The position numbers and the translations under genes were made by a program. This document shows positions 1 to 13,900 of a stretch of DNA of 64,000 bases, piece by piece. The stretch comes from Hypanus sabinus (Eukaryota): the NCBI RefSeq assembly GCF_030144855.1, contig NC_082713.1:51088001-51152000 (forward strand), written 5' to 3'. Below the pieces are notes generated by a model. That model saw nothing but the letters and a program-made list of their open reading frames with translations, was not told the DNA's origin and made no database searches. Within the stretch, counting starts at the first letter, position 1, and each line of letters starts with the position of its first letter.

Positions 1-240
1 TACTGTTGTGAGCTTCTGCCGAAAACCATTCTGATTGAATCTTAGCTCAGGGTCAATGGTGATACGAATCCTGTTCAAGATCATCTGATTGTACAGCTTT
101 GCTAAGATGCAGTTCAAGCTGATACCGTGGTTGTTATCTGTCTTCGTGAGGGATCCAGACTTGGAGACAGGGATAATGTTTGAGAGTGATCACTGTTCTG
201 GTTTGTTGCCTTTCATCAGTGCCATATTACATTCAAATAC
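1..240 (-). mobile_element. RTE-clade LINE reverse-transcriptase fragment (degenerate)
   Basis: Minus-strand translation KPEQ*SLSNIIPVSKSGSLTKTDNNHGISLNCILAKLYNQMILNRIR..IDPELRFNQNGFRQ corresponds to the N-terminal RT subdomains of non-LTR elements. Confidence 0.75.
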
Positions 241-293
241 CTCTACTACTATGACCTATATAGATTTAATACCTTGTTTGTGTTAACAACCAA

Positions 294-489
294 NNNNNNN
301 NNNNNNNNNNNNNNNNNNNNNNNNNNNNNNNNNNNNNNNNNNNNNNNNNNNNNNNNNNNNNNNNNNNNNNNNNNNNNNNNNNNNNNNNNNNNNNNNNNNN
401 NNNNNNNNNNNNNNNNNNNNNNNNNNNNNNNNNNNNNNNNNNNNNNNNNNNNNNNNNNNNNNNNNNNNNNNNNNNNNNNNNNNNNNNNN
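294..489. other. Assembly gap (196 N)
   Basis: Run of N. Confidence 1.
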
Positions 490-2666
490 GGTGGAGTCAT
501 CAGGGTGCTGTCATGACAAGCATGGGGGTGGGGAGCCCATAAGTGTTGCCACATATTCTTGTGCAATCATAACAAGCTCACCTTTCAGGGCAGATTAACA
601 AGGAGCACAACAAATCAAAAATACCAATTGACAAAGCTACAATAACAAAACAAACCCCGTTCCTCCTTCACACTAGTCTCCAGCGGACCTGTGGATTCAC
701 AGACATTCAGTCTTCAACTTCCCTGTGGACTTGCAGAGACTTGGAGACTCAAGGTTCTGACCATCACACCTCGACTTCTGGACCTTCGGGCTTTGATCTG
801 GATGCTCAGTATCAACCCAGGACTCACCAATGACAATCAATGAGGACAACAGTCAAGCTCCGGATTCAACAATGACAGTACTCTGAACACTAGGCCGCAA
901 ATTACTGTCTCGCAATTCGCGTATTCGAGGGTCACTGCGTCATTTCTCCTGCCTGCGTGGAACTTTGATCCCAGAACACACCAATAATTCTACCCCTCAT
1001 CCTCACTGGTCTGCTAGCCAGACACCTGACCATAACCATGTCGCTGACCTTTGAACATGGAACAAAGCCTTAGGCTCTGGCCCATCCTCTAATTCCTCCA
1101 CATGTCTGTTCCTAAACCCTAACCTGGTCCCTAACTACCCTCTCTGGTCCAAAAACCATCCCTACAAACATAAAAAAACCTAAAAATCAACTAAGCCACA
1201 ACCTCGATGGAGACCGCAGCTTAGCATCATCTTGAATCATTCAATTTCAAGGTGAATTCGGAACACAAGGTTAATGCCTATTCGATAAGAGCTGTACAAA
1301 ATGGTAACAGTTGTAGTAGTGCTAGACTCTATTTGAAATTGGAATATTGGTATTGTGATGACCCTAAATCCTAATGGTTAGATATGATAAATATGATCAT
1401 ACAATGCAACTTGTCCTCAGTGCAAAACATTGCATTATTGATTTTTCTATGTGCATATGGATCATTACCATTTGAGGGACAGTATTCCCTGGTAATTTCT
1501 TCTCATAGTTTGTAATAATATTTGTAGCAAAAAAGTTGTATAAATAAAAATTATTCTAGTAACAAAGATGGCATGATTTTCATAGTGTCACTTATTTTGA
1601 CTTTAAATCAACATTGGTGTCACTATCATCCATTCCGCCCATGATGATAAATTTAAAAACAATTTACATTGCTTTCACACAATTACAGTCATGCATACTT
1701 TCTACTGACTGGGAGAGTTACATGTTGCAATTAGTCACCAGGTATACTGGTTGAAATTCAAGATTCTTCAATATAATAGTTTGATTAGGCCTCAGAAAAC
1801 CACTAGCACCCATTGAGCACATGATGTCAGCTTTAAAAATGCTCAATGTTTCTATTTTCGTTAAAAGCAAACTACCAAAGGAGTTCCTTGCCATTCCATT
1901 TAAATGGGACCACCACAGGGAGATCAAATAATTTGTCCCACTTCAAGATTGATGGAAAAAAATTACTGGATCATATCCAGTATTTCTTCATATGTCATTG
2001 AAACATACCTTAACCTTAAGGGGCATGGCATGGTAGATACACAGTAGATAGTTTTCCTGCCTGTCTAGTCCAGAACCAGTGATCACAACCTGAAAACAAA
2101 AAGTTGGCCATGTAGCATGAAAATGAGAAATTCCTCACTCAGACAATAGGGAATCTTTGAAGATCACAGCCCAGTATGGATGTGGAGGCTTAATCACTAT
2201 GCATATTCAAGGAAACAACCAATTGATTTTTGAAGATTGGAACAGTCAAAGAATATGGCATTTGGAGAAAAAATGGTTCCAATGCAAGAGTTCAGCCATG
2301 ATCAGCAACAGAATCAGAGTAAGGTTTACTATCACCGGCATATGTTGTGAAAATTGTTAGCTTAGCAGTTCAATGCAATACATGATAATATAGAAAGATA
2401 AATAAATAAATAACTACAGCTGTGTATGTGTATATGTATATATTTTTGAATACATTAAAAATAGTGCAAAAACAGAAATAATGTATATTTCTTTAAAAAG
2501 TAACAACATTTGTGCAACAAAAGGCTTCTATTTATTATGTTTTTATCCCTGGCTTATAATTAAGTTTGGTCTTTGAGAATGCGACTCATCTGACTGTAAT
2601 CCATATTTGGTTGGTTCTGATAACCATTGCAAAGTTCAAGGTGAAATTTATACTTACTTGTCCTCT

Positions 2667-2850
2667 GAATTTAGGTCGGCTGCTGGTGTAATGGCATCAG
2701 CACTTGACTTTGAGGTAGATGGTCCTGAGTTTGAATCTGGCTGCGTCCCAACCTGCACAGCTGCAGTCTCTGTACAGTAGAAAGGCCTGGCAATCTCTTC
2801 TGTATCTTGCCACAGACACCCTATGGACAACTATACAATCCATAGGGTTG
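2667..2850 (+). mobile_element. tRNA-derived SINE head (degenerate)
   Basis: A-box-like TGGTGTAATGG and B-box-like GAGTTTGAATC at tRNA spacing; no closed cloverleaf. Confidence 0.5.
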
Positions 2851-2859
2851 CCATTAGTC

Positions 2860-4120
2860 AATGACAATTCAATGGCACTCAACAAAAACATAAATGTTAC
2901 CACATACAAACCTGAGATTTCTTTTTCCTGAAAATCAATAAAACAGTAACTATAAACAGGATCAATGAACAACAAACCATGTAAATGCAAATATAAATAA
3001 ATAGCAATAAATAATAAGAGGAAGAACTAATAAGATAAGAGTTACTAAAGTGAGACCATTGGTTGTAGGAACACCAGAAATATAATGAGTGTAGTTATCC
3101 ACTTTTGTTCAAGAACCTGATGGTTGAGGATAGTAACTGTTCTTGAGCCTGGTGGTGTAAGTCCCGAGGCCCTTGTACCTTCTACTTGATGGCCTGGATC
3201 ATGAGGATCATTGATGATGAAAGCTGCTTTTCTACGGGGACGTTTCAAGTATATGTACTCAATAGTTGGGAGGGCATTACCTGTGATGTACTGGGCTGAA
3301 TCTACTACCTCTTGTAGGATTTTCCACTCAAAGGCATTAGTGTTCCCATACTAGGCTGTAATGCAGCTAATCAGCACTTTCCACCACACATCTATAGACA
3401 TTTGCCAAGGTTTTCATGACATGCCGATTCTCCGCAGACTCCTGAGGAGGTAGGGGCTTTCTTTGCAATTATATTTATATGATGGTTCCAGGACAGGTCC
3501 TCTGAGATAGTTACACCCAGGAATTTAAAGTTACTGACAGTCTCCACCTGCAATCCTCTGATGAGTACTGGGTCATGGACCTCTAGTTTCCTTCTCCTGA
3601 AGTCTACATTCAGTTCCATGGTATTACTAACATTGAGTGAGGGGTTGTTATTATTACACCACTCAGCCAAATTTTCATCTCCCTCCTGTATACTGATCAC
3701 CACCTTTGATATGGCCCACAATAGTGGCGACATCAGCAAACTTATATATGGTTTTGGAGCTGTACTTAGCCACACAGTTCTAGATGTAAAGCAAGTAGAG
3801 CAGGGGGCTGAGGACACATCCCTGTGGTACTCCTGTGCAGATGGAGATTGCGGAGGAGATATTTTTGCCAATCCGAACCGATTGCAGTCAGCAAGTGAGG
3901 AAATCCAGGATTCAATTACATAAAGGGATGTTGAGGCTCTTGTCGATCAGTCTTGGAGTCTATTGATTAGTTTTGAGGAGATGGTGGTATTAAATGCTGC
4001 ACTGTAATCAATGAAGAGCATCCTGATGTATGCATCTTTGCTGTCCAGATGTTCCAGGTTTGTGTGAAGAGTCAATGAAATGGCATCCACTGTAGACTTG
4101 TTGCTTCAGGAAGTGAATTT
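2860..4120 (-). mobile_element. Rex1/Babar-type LINE 3' fragment
   Basis: ORF 3392..3871 contains WCNNNNPSLNVSNTMELNVDFRR...VSNFKFLGVTISEDLSW (RT C-terminus/thumb); ORF 3045..3248 has the RKAAFIINDPHDPGH tail motif. Confidence 0.8.
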
Positions 4121-5404
4121 GCTGTTTACTTTCCGTGTTCCAACATAAACTTGCTTTTGAACTGTTTTATGATATTAATACTCATTTTCAATTAATGTGT
4201 TCTTAATAATAATAGTGTAAGAGAGAGCAGCACGTTAGAGATTTCTTCCACCAGCTACATTCACTTTTTTCCAATCAACAAGGGAGTAGTTAAGACTGGT
4301 CCATTACAATGAGTCAGATGGGCTGTGTCAACTTCTCTATAAAAGCATGCACTGTTGAAACCCCTAATTAATTTTATAAATAGCTTTCCACTTTTGCAAT
4401 TAGACCAAATCTATTCTAGCTTCACAAAAGACCAAAAAGACTTCAGTAAATAGACTACAATTATCTATTCAAACGGTATATAATAATGATAGATTTGGAC
4501 ATTATATCGCTGGTGTCTGAGAATTTACTAATGTAAGTTCTTCCTTTACCTCAGCTTTTTTTCCTAAGCATTAATGTTCTTGATGAGTCAACTTCCTCAT
4601 GCACAAGTGCAAATTGCAAGTTAACAGACTTCTTAATTGCAAAGACTATTGTAGTTGCACCTGATTACTATCAGTGTTATTATTATTATTTCCATATATC
4701 AATGAAGTATGTATGTCTGTCTGCAAAAACTGCTCCTTGAGGAGAAAGAAGAAGAACTTAGCCCACAAATATATTTTAAAACATGCAGATGCTGGAAATC
4801 TGAAATAACAGAAAATGCTGGAGATACTCAGTAGGTCATGCAGCATCTGTATGGAAGGAAACAACAACCCTCTGCGTATCTGTGACTAATGTGACATTCT
4901 GAGACAAATATAAACCAATTATCACTCCCATTTCTTGAATAAAGATGACCCCATTGTGGGCAAAGTTCATATGCAAACTGAGATTTTGTTTTAAAGTTAT
5001 TCCCCTTAGGTGGAAAAGGTGCACTGTCAACTCAATATTTAAAGATGAAACTGTAAATGCCACTGGAAAATAAAACATTGTTTATATATAGGAGGATTTA
5101 ATAAAATGGAAGTCTTAGTTCCTCAGTGTTATCAATGATCAAATGGATCTCTTGATATGAGAGAAAAGGAGTACTTAGTCTCAGGCAGGTTAATCACAAC
5201 ACAGAGATTAACAGTTTTGGTATTGGTATTACTGTAGCTGTTAAATAATTTGCCACATGAACTAACTGGTAAAATACTTTGTTCAAAGCTCTCCGTCATA
5301 AACCACCCTTGGAATATCTTTTGTTATTCATAATGTGAATCTTAAATTAAGTGAATAGCATTCAATAAAACTTGTTAGAACTCACTATTACATCTTAGAA
5401 GTAA

Positions 5405-5765
5405 AAAGATTGCAGATGCTAAAACTCTGAAAAAACTGAAAATGCCGGAGGTCACTCAGCATCTGTATAGAGACAAATAGAGTAAGCGTTCACAAACATG
5501 AGAATCTGCAGATACTATAAATCCAAGCATCACAAACAAAATGCTGGAGGAACTCAGCAGGCCAGGCTGCAGGGTCTCAGCCTGAAATGTCGCCTGTACT
5601 CTTTTCCATAGTTGCTGCTTGGCCTACCAAGTTCCTCCAGCACTCTGTGTGTGTTGCTTAGAGTAAATGTTATAGATTCTGATAAAATATCATCAACCTG
5701 AATTGTTGACTTTGTTTCTTTGTCTATAGATACTGTCTAACTTGTTAAATATCTCCAGTATTTAT
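5405..5765. mobile_element. Penelope-derived fold-back element (5491-5658) nested in an older copy of the same family
   Basis: Inverted arms GCTGGAGGAACTCAGCAGGCCAGGC / GGCCTACCAAGTTCCTCCAGC; imperfect 13-bp TSD TAGAGTAAGCGTT (5478-5490) / TAGAGTAAATGTT (5659-5671); partial hammerhead GGGTCTCAGCCTGAAATGTC. Confidence 0.7.
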
Positions 5766-8294
5766 TAGTCTTAGTACTTCTGACTTTGTAATCTTAATAG
5801 CTGTAAATAGATCAGACCACCAAGAAATTAAACTAAATCATTTTGATCACAGTTCAGTATACAGAGCTAAGTGAAATTTTCAACTATAGCAAGCAATTGA
5901 TATAAATCTCATGCAACTCTCACATTAATTTTCCAACACATGGTGAGTTCTAATTGCAGGAAAACATTTGGAGAAATATAGTCAATGAATGGATGAAGAT
6001 TTTGTCCAGTACAATACTAAGGGTGGGGTGGGGGGAGAGAAGCATAATCCCCCTGTCAATTTCATTTTTATATTAATTGAATTGATAGTACATGGAACAG
6101 AAATTAGCCATGATAACTAATCTCAGTACTTTTGATCTGTAGAGAACATTATTCTTGTGCTGGAGGGTGTTTGTGTGTGAATGCCCATGCATTTGCTCGA
6201 AAATAATTTAATCCTTTGGCTCAAGATAAAGTTAAACAATACCACCAAAGTTCGTTAATAAACAATGGCCATTTGCTTGAGTTGTCAATGTCTGTAAAAC
6301 AAAGAACATCATGATTCAGATCTCCAAAAGTGATGGGAGTGGTAAATGACAAATGAGGAGAATGAATCTTAGAAACTGTGTACATCCTGAAATAGGGTAG
6401 AGTAAGGTAAAAGGCTCAATTGAGGTCAGGGAGTATTTTGCTCTGGCAGTAATTACACATCAGCTTAAGGTGTCAAGGATAGGTCTTTTGTTCAGGCAAG
6501 CCGAGTAGAAAGGATAGGGAGAATATAATAGGGAATATTGTCATGGCATGTTCAGGTTGAGTACCATTGATCTCAAGGGATGTGGCGTGAGGCAAGTCAA
6601 TTATTTCCCTGTAATGCAACCAAATGAATGACAAAAAATAAATTCCTGATCAACAGTTCTTGCCATTGCTGCCAACTTTCATAAATTCACAAGGTTTAAG
6701 GTTGAAGATGAAACAGCTTTAGCTCGTTGAGACCTGATATTCATTTGACTTCATTTTATTTTCTTTCTTCACTCTTGGACTTCTTAGATGTGCCAGAATC
6801 AGTGATTCTGCCTGCAGTAGCCTTTTCTTGCTATTTGCACTATCAGTAGTGACAGCTATCTAAATCATTTTGTGAAATCCTTCATATTTGAACCCAGTTT
6901 ATCAGGAATTATGTAGCATTTGGAATTACTTTATAAATAAAAGTTGTTGAATATGTCGTTATCCATCTGACAAAGTCAGGGTGGGCATCTAATTTTGAAA
7001 CAAGTTATCAGTAGCTTTCCAAGTGCACATTTTAAAGTTCTATTCACTGAAGATCTTGCTGCAGTTTCAGAAATTATCTGACACATTAAAGAATTAATAC
7101 TATACAAGTACCATGAGACCAACTTTCACATGTATGATATATTGAGTAGGCAAAACAGGTTGATCTCTACAACCACACACTAAACTGATCATCTGCTAGG
7201 CAGTAGTGATCCCTGGCTTCCTGTTTTTCGGTTCCCAGTCTTCCTACAGCACGGGATAGATACTACCTATGCCGTCTGCAAAAAAATCTTTCAAAATTCA
7301 ATTTAAGAATAAGTGAACCAGTATCAGTATTATCTCTCAGGTGAATATCCCCCTCACTGATGCCCTAATTACATTCCATTCCATTGGGCCATGTAATTCT
7401 TATGCCCAACACCAGTACCCCAACACAATATATTCCAAGCTCTGTTATGGGAAGAGATTACAAGGTTGACAAAGGATAGAAGTAAGGAATTTGCTCACTT
7501 TCCTTGATAAAGTGCAATATCACCACTAGTTCTTGAGAATCCTTGGCCCTGACCATTCAGAATAGCAAAGAAATAGTTGATATCAAAAACCTCAAGTCCT
7601 TACATTGGGAACAAAGAAAATCACTGTGCATTTGGCAGGAGGAGCTCACCACCCACCATTTAGCCCATGGAAGAGTCCACAGTTTTCATATGGGTCACAT
7701 CAGTCTCTTCCAAACATAAACAAATGGAGTGAAAGCAAGTTATTCTACAGTCTAGGGATTGATAAAGAAGAGGAATACAAATTGACTGCTACTTCTGCTC
7801 CACATAAGCAAAATACTGTTTGTTTTGTTTGATGCTTGGGTCTCATTTAAATTTGATTAGCAAGTTGCCAGTGCTAATTGTGTTGTTTGGCAGTTTGGGA
7901 AATCTGTGAAGAATGTTGCATTTTAAAGTGACTACATTTTCTAAAGCAAAAGTGACATAGAAAAAAGTACACTGTTGAAACAAAAACAGCAAGTAGCCTA
8001 GTTTATGAGTACTAGCATCAAGGTAGTTTTTGAACGTGTCAATAAAGTAGATAAGCAAGGTAACAACCCATAATTCTGTCAACACTTCCAATTTAGAACA
8101 AAAACACAAATTTTCTAAGATTTGTTGGTTAATTATGGAGCATCTTTCCTTGTAGTAGCTCATGGCATCATGCAGTGAATATCTGACCTTTAGACTACAT
8201 TCAGGGGTGGGATCATTAGCACTAACGATAGAGGTAGTAGTGCAATCACTCAAGTCAAGTATTATGTTTTCCTAAGGGGTTGTTCCCTTAATGG

Positions 8295-8615
8295 AGAATG
8301 CCTGTGTATAACTTTATTTAACAAGGTCAGGCTGATGCATGGATGGCCACCGCATGCTCTTTTACAGATTGGGGCCTGGGACCAGTGGGACTGGGGACCT
8401 TTCACTGCTGCAGCCTTCCTCTTCCTTCACTTCCATTGTGATATCTCATCAGCTTCCACCAGCTCCAGGTCTTGGTCGTATTGCTCTTTGTCTGGAACTT
8501 GTCCTTACTGCCATAGGTGACCCTACCAGGTGCTAAGCTCCAGAAGGCATTGCCCTTAGGGATCTCAGGAACTGACAAGCCAGTCCACCACAACAAGGTG
8601 ATGATCCTTGAAAAA
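8295..8615 (+). mobile_element. RTE-related short element / 5'UTR remnant
   Basis: GACCCTACCAGGTGCTAAGCTCCAGAAGGCATTGCCCTTAGGGATC...CCACCACAACAAGGTG resembles the RTE/Expander-type 5' region as I recall it. Confidence 0.4.
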
Positions 8616-10009
8616 GGCTTAGGGTTGACAGAACCTTATCAATATATGATAAGTCTAATGACAGGAGTTTCATTGTTGGTTGAAATACGAAAGGCAGTGT
8701 TTCTAAAACAATGACTTTTTTTCTGAAGCTTGCTCATGCTCCAATAACATGTGATCATCAAAAGGCAGATCACTGCAATAAATATAAAGTGTTTAAACTC
8801 TCAATGCTGTCACAACTTCAGCACTTATGTTAGTTTTGTCTCTGTTGCTCTTTATTGTTCCCACTGCAGATGTTTCAAGCACCAAAGTTTTAACTGTTGA
8901 ACTAACTTTTTCTTCAACATCAAACCCTTGTAAAATAATGCATAAAAATGCTGGAGGAATTCAGCAGGTCAGGCAGCATCTACAGATAGCAATAAGGAGG
9001 ATACTTCAGGTCTATAAAAAATTAAGTTTTATATCAAATGAAATTCCTTTATAAGGTTATTCAGGTTTATTATGGGAATTTGAACCTGCTGCTCTTTTTC
9101 AGATATTTTGAAGGAAAATAGAACACAGAAATCTATAGCACTTTCACAGGCCCTACGGCCCACAATGTTGTGCTATACAAATAACCAACAGGTTACAATG
9201 AGACCTGAGACCCTCCCCTATTCGTGTGATTACTTTGAGTACAGGAGAGGAGATATGAAATGCTCAGATATAAACCTTTTCACTCTGGAAATCACTGGCC
9301 ACTCTTCAAAGCCATCGCATCTTTCCTTATGTAGTAATATTTCTCACAAGAATCGAAATGCAGTCCAACCAGCTCTATACAAAACCACAATACATTCTGG
9401 CTTTGATACCCTTGAAATAAATGCAAACATTCCATTTGCCTTCTTTCATCTCACTTGCAAGTTAACCCACAGGAAATCCTGAACTCGTTCCCCAGTCCCA
9501 TTGAACTTCAATTTCCAAATTTTCTCCATTTTCCTTTCTCTTACTATTAATTAGGGATCCCACTGATAGTGAAGCAGATCATAATGAATTGCATAAATAT
9601 CTGACTGGTCAGGAAATGGGGTGAGGAACAGCAAGTGGAGTGATGCATTTTGCACCATCAAGCAAGTGAATATGAAAAATTATATTAAAAAACCCTACTA
9701 GACAGCAGGAGCAAACTGAACCTGCTGTGCTAATTGAATTCTCACAAGCCACATGCACCAAGAAATACAAGTTGAACATATGGAAAAGCGAGAAAATTTG
9801 TTGTTTCTTTAATTTATTGTCTGCATAAATTTGATGAGTGAATTTTTATTCTGCCATGTTATATATTCTATATTTTTTGTGATTTGTGAAAGGGCAAATT
9901 TCTGTTACCTGAACTGCCCTATTACAGGGCTACACTGTGCTTTCAAGTACATAGGCTAGCAAGTGGTTGGTAGTAACCTGAATGCACAATGACAAATTAG
10001 GGATGGCAA

Positions 10010-10235
10010 ATCTGGCGACGCTGCAGAGTCAGCGGAGGTGCTGCCTCATGCCTCCAGCAACCAGAGTTCAATTCTGTTTTCACCCCTTGTGTTTTATGTG
10101 TGGAAGTCATATGTTCTCCCTTTGATTCCATGCCTGCTCTGGTCTCCTCACAATTGCCAATGACGTAGGTTAATTGAGCACTAATAAGTTGCTCCGTTAT
10201 CATGCGGAGGGACTGTGGGGAAAACTAGAAGTAAA
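10010..10235 (+). mobile_element. tRNA-derived SINE (degenerate)
   Basis: GCTGCCTCATGCCTCCAGCAACCAGAGTTCAATTCTG (B-box-like) followed by a TGTGTGGAAGT...GTTCTCCC core typical of fish/shark SINE2 elements. Confidence 0.55.
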
Positions 10236-10399
10236 GTTAGGAAGGCTAAAGGCACCGCTTCCGTCCTGGAATCAAAACTGAATTTGTGTTGTCTACTCAT
10301 CACCTTCTTTCTATTTTGTTGCTGAGCCGAAAGGGTTGCTGTGATTTCTTCACGGTATTTCTTGTGCCAGCAGTGTGAAGTGTTCTTACACCGTTTTAC

Positions 10400-10990
10400 C
10401 GATGTTGTGGAATGCCCACCACGCTTTTCCATTTAATCCATCCCGTCACCAAGGTTCGTCTCCCTCCCTCAACGCGTCACCCGGATACCTGAAGGTCTGG
10501 GGTTCTGTTCCCTGTGCCTACACTTGCTCTTTATACCGGCTATCTTCCCACCACGTTCTCAGTCCTGATGTAGGACCCGACTAGAAACACCGGGAATCTT
10601 TGCCTCCACAAACACAATCCGACCCGCGAATTCCGAATTCCTCCATAGCCGGCTCCACCGCTTCGCATTTTACAGCACGCCGCCCGGTTTTGCGACAGTG
10701 CGACTTTATGCGGAAGTGCGTCGCTTGACGGCAGCGTGTCTCGTCGGGATCCATGTGCGGCGGCTGCAGGAATGGCAGGGCAGTCGGGGACGGAGGCGGA
10801 TTTCACCAGGTGGGCAGGAGCTTTCTACACCTGGATTTCTGTGTGTTTGGGAGAGGGCATTGCTATAATCGTAGAAGCAGGGAGAGATCGGGATTCCGAT
10901 GTTGTCACATCGCAGATAGTTGAAGACAAGGTAGTGAAAGCGAGCAGCAACACTGGTCCGATTTCTGAGGTGAAAGTCGGGTGATTTTTG
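10400..10990. promoter_or_regulatory. CpG-island, TATA-less promoter of UTP14A with an ETS/GABP-like GCGGAAGTG motif at 10710-10718
   Basis: Sharp local rise in GC and CpG content around exon 1 in an otherwise CpG-depleted window; CGGAAGTG lies about 55 bp upstream of the ATG. Confidence 0.75.
10772..10809 (+). CDS. UTP14A: UTP14A coding exon 1 ([13 protein letters not shown])
   Basis: Strong Kozak ggaATGG inside the CpG island; donor AG|GTGGGC, phase 2, matches exon 2. Confidence 0.8.
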
Positions 10991-13900
10991 GTTTTGGAGT
11001 TAGGGCCATTACAAATTGTTAGTATCTTTCAAGAGATCAGAAGCATTTGTTAGGAATAATGGGGTAAACTTCCTTTCCAACAACCTTCTTAAAGGTTGAT
11101 TGTGTGGTGAGCAACAAATTTTGACCTAGCCATCACTGCACGTATCACCGGAGAAGATAACTTGGAACATATTTAAATGCAGTTGTGGTATTCATATAGA
11201 AGATCTATATAACGTGTTGAAACGTGGTAGCTCTCAAAGCATCAGGCAGCTAATGAACTTCTGCAGATGTAAACGGAGGAGTGTTCCATCAAAATGTCTT
11301 GGAGTCATTCAGCATGAAAACAGGCCTTTCAGCCCAACCTCATCCATGCCAATTGTGTTGCCCAGTGTGCTAGTCCCATAGCCCTCTAAACCTAACCTAT
11401 CCATGTACTTATCCAGATAGTTTTTAAATGTTGCTAATGTGACTGCCTCATTGACTATTTTTCACATACAAGTTTATTATCATCTGACTATACATATATA
11501 CAACCAATAGAAACAATGTTCTTCTGGATCATGGTGCGCCCACAAAACATATATCACACACAGCACATAAAACAATAATATTACCACAAATAAGTTAATG
11601 AAACTTATTCATAAAACTTGCAGTATGCAGCACAACAACTCGCTGTCCTAGCGATGAGATCTGGTGGTGGCAGGTATTCGCTAATCTCACAGCCTGAGGA
11701 AAGAAGCTGTTACCCAGTCTGGCATTCCTGGTCCTGATGCTCCTGAACCACCTCCCTAATGGTAGTAGGTCAAAGTGATTGTGGGATGGGTGGTAGGTAC
11801 CCTCAACAATGCTACAGGCCTTGTGTATACATTCCCAGTAAATGTCACAAGTGTAGTGGGGGGGGGAGGACCCCAGTGATCCTCTTAGTGTGTTTTTACT
11901 ATACTTACTATTAGCAGCTCATTTCAAATACACGCCACCCTTTGCATGAAGGTGCCACTGATAAATAAATAATTATCATTTATATTGCAGAACCTGCAGC
12001 AGGAGATTTTCTATGTAATCGTTTTATGCTCTTATTTCCTGTACAGTTGTGCTTGATTCCTTGGTCAGGAGTAATTTTTGAGCTGTGGTGCTTTACACTG
12101 GTGCAAGGAGGGATTTAAAGCACATTTGGAAACTTGACATTGCAGAATTTTGTTTCATTTACATTCTACCACTGCAAAGAGAATGTATGTGCAATACTTC
12201 AATACCTGATAAATAAAGTTTTGTACTATTCCATTTCATGACACAGTTGAACTAGGCATTGGGACTAAAAGTGCATTTTGGGTCCTGGGGTGTGCTTGGA
12301 GTAGTTAGCTGAGTGATCAGATGCCTGATAATTTTCTCTTTTCCATTGTCTGTTGCCGTGCACTGCTCGTCATTATTGGCACAGTGGAATTAGAGTTCAC
12401 AGATCTGATTAACTTGGAATTGATGTTAATTGCAGGCCTTTTATAGTGATTGTGCTTTTCCCTGGAGCTGACAGTTGCCTTCTATAATTTAACTACTCAA
12501 TAAGATGGTTTATTCATGTCAGCAGAAAACCAAGTGGGCTTAGAGTGAGCAAAATCTCAACCCGAAACATTAACAGTTTATTCCCCACCATAGGTGCTAC
12601 CTAACCTGCTGAGTTCCTCCAGCGTTTTGTGGGTTCTTTTGATTTCCAGCATCTGCAGAATTTCATATGTTTATGATTTACTGCTGCACTTTGAGTTGGT
12701 GTCATTTTCCTCTCGAGGTGGCTTCATAAAGTACACTCTGGCCACTTTTATTTGGTACATCCTGATGAAGTGGTCACTGTTCATGATTTTCTGCTGCTGT
12801 AGCCTATCCACTTCAAGGGTTAACGTGTGTTTGAAGATGCTGTTCTGTACACCACCGTTCTAACGCATGGTTATTTTGTTACTGTCGCCTTCCTGTCAGC
12901 TTTAACCCGTCTGGCCATTCTCTCAGACCTCTCATTAACGAGGAGTTTTCACCCATAGAGCTGGATGCACTTTTTTTTTGCACTATTGCCTAAACTGCTG
13001 AGACTGTTATACGGGAAAATCCCAAAAGACCAACAGTTTCTGAGGTTTTCTGAGATACTCAAACCATCCCATCTAGCACTGACAATCATTTCACGGTCAA
13101 AGTCACTTAGATCACATTTCCTCCCCATTCTGATGGTTGGTCTAAACAACGATTGAACCTCTTGATCATGTCTGCATGTTTTTATGCATTGAGTTGCTGC
13201 CACATGATTGGCTAGTTAGATATTTTCATATTGAGAAAGGGCACAGCTGTTCCTAATAAAGTGGCCGGTTCGTGTATGTTCCCAAGGGCAAGTTAAGAAA
13301 AGATGTTTGTTATTTTTAGCTTGTCTTCACTAAAATTGTCAGTTGACTGACATAATTTCAGAAACTACCTCATAAAGTAACTGAGAAGTTAATATTATGT
13401 GATTTTAAGTAATTTCCAGTAGTTAGGACAAAAGAATGTTTTTGCTTCACATAATTAGTGCATATGAATTGTGAATGAGCTTGTATCTGTCTATTTCAGA
13501 GATTTACTTTTCCTTGGTGTGGAAGAGGAGGATTTGTTTAAGACTAAATATTCCTTGACTGCCAGCGAAGATGAGGTAATAACTTCTATATCTTGAGGTC
13601 TTCTTTAAATTATTCTTTGAAGCAGTAATGGACAATCAGAGTCAAGTTTATCATTGACAGTGCATTACATAAACATTCTATAAATTGCAAGAAGAAATAG
13701 ACTGTTCAGAAATCTCATGGAGGAGGTGAAGATGCTGTTCCTAGAACATTGAGTGTGGGTCTTCAGGCTCCTATACTTCCTTCCTGATGGTGATAATGAG
13801 AAAAGAGCCTGTCCTGAGTGGTGGGGATCCTTAATGACGGGTGCTTCCTTTTTTTTTTGGGTATTGGCTTTTGAAGGTATCTGATGCTGGAGAGGCTAGT

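Noticed and set aside
89-566. ORFs next to or spanning the N run
   Set aside because: Artefacts of the assembly gap, or antisense to an RTE fragment.
1638-1713. Box C/D-like pair ATGATGA...CTGA about 65 nt apart
   Set aside because: The terminal stem is out of register, I recognise no rRNA or snRNA guide, and it is not inside a supported host intron. Such pairs are expected by chance in AT-rich DNA.
2667-2750. tRNA-like sequence
   Set aside because: The acceptor and T stems do not pair properly; it is better explained as a SINE head.
4549-4660. Minus-strand exon-like segment (cag|GTGCAAC...GAG|GTAAAG)
   Set aside because: The longest frame hits a stop before the donor, there is no recognisable homology, and it cannot be linked to a gene.
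10736-10984. 82-aa ORF as a standalone gene
   Set aside because: It is UTP14A exon 1 read through into intron 1.
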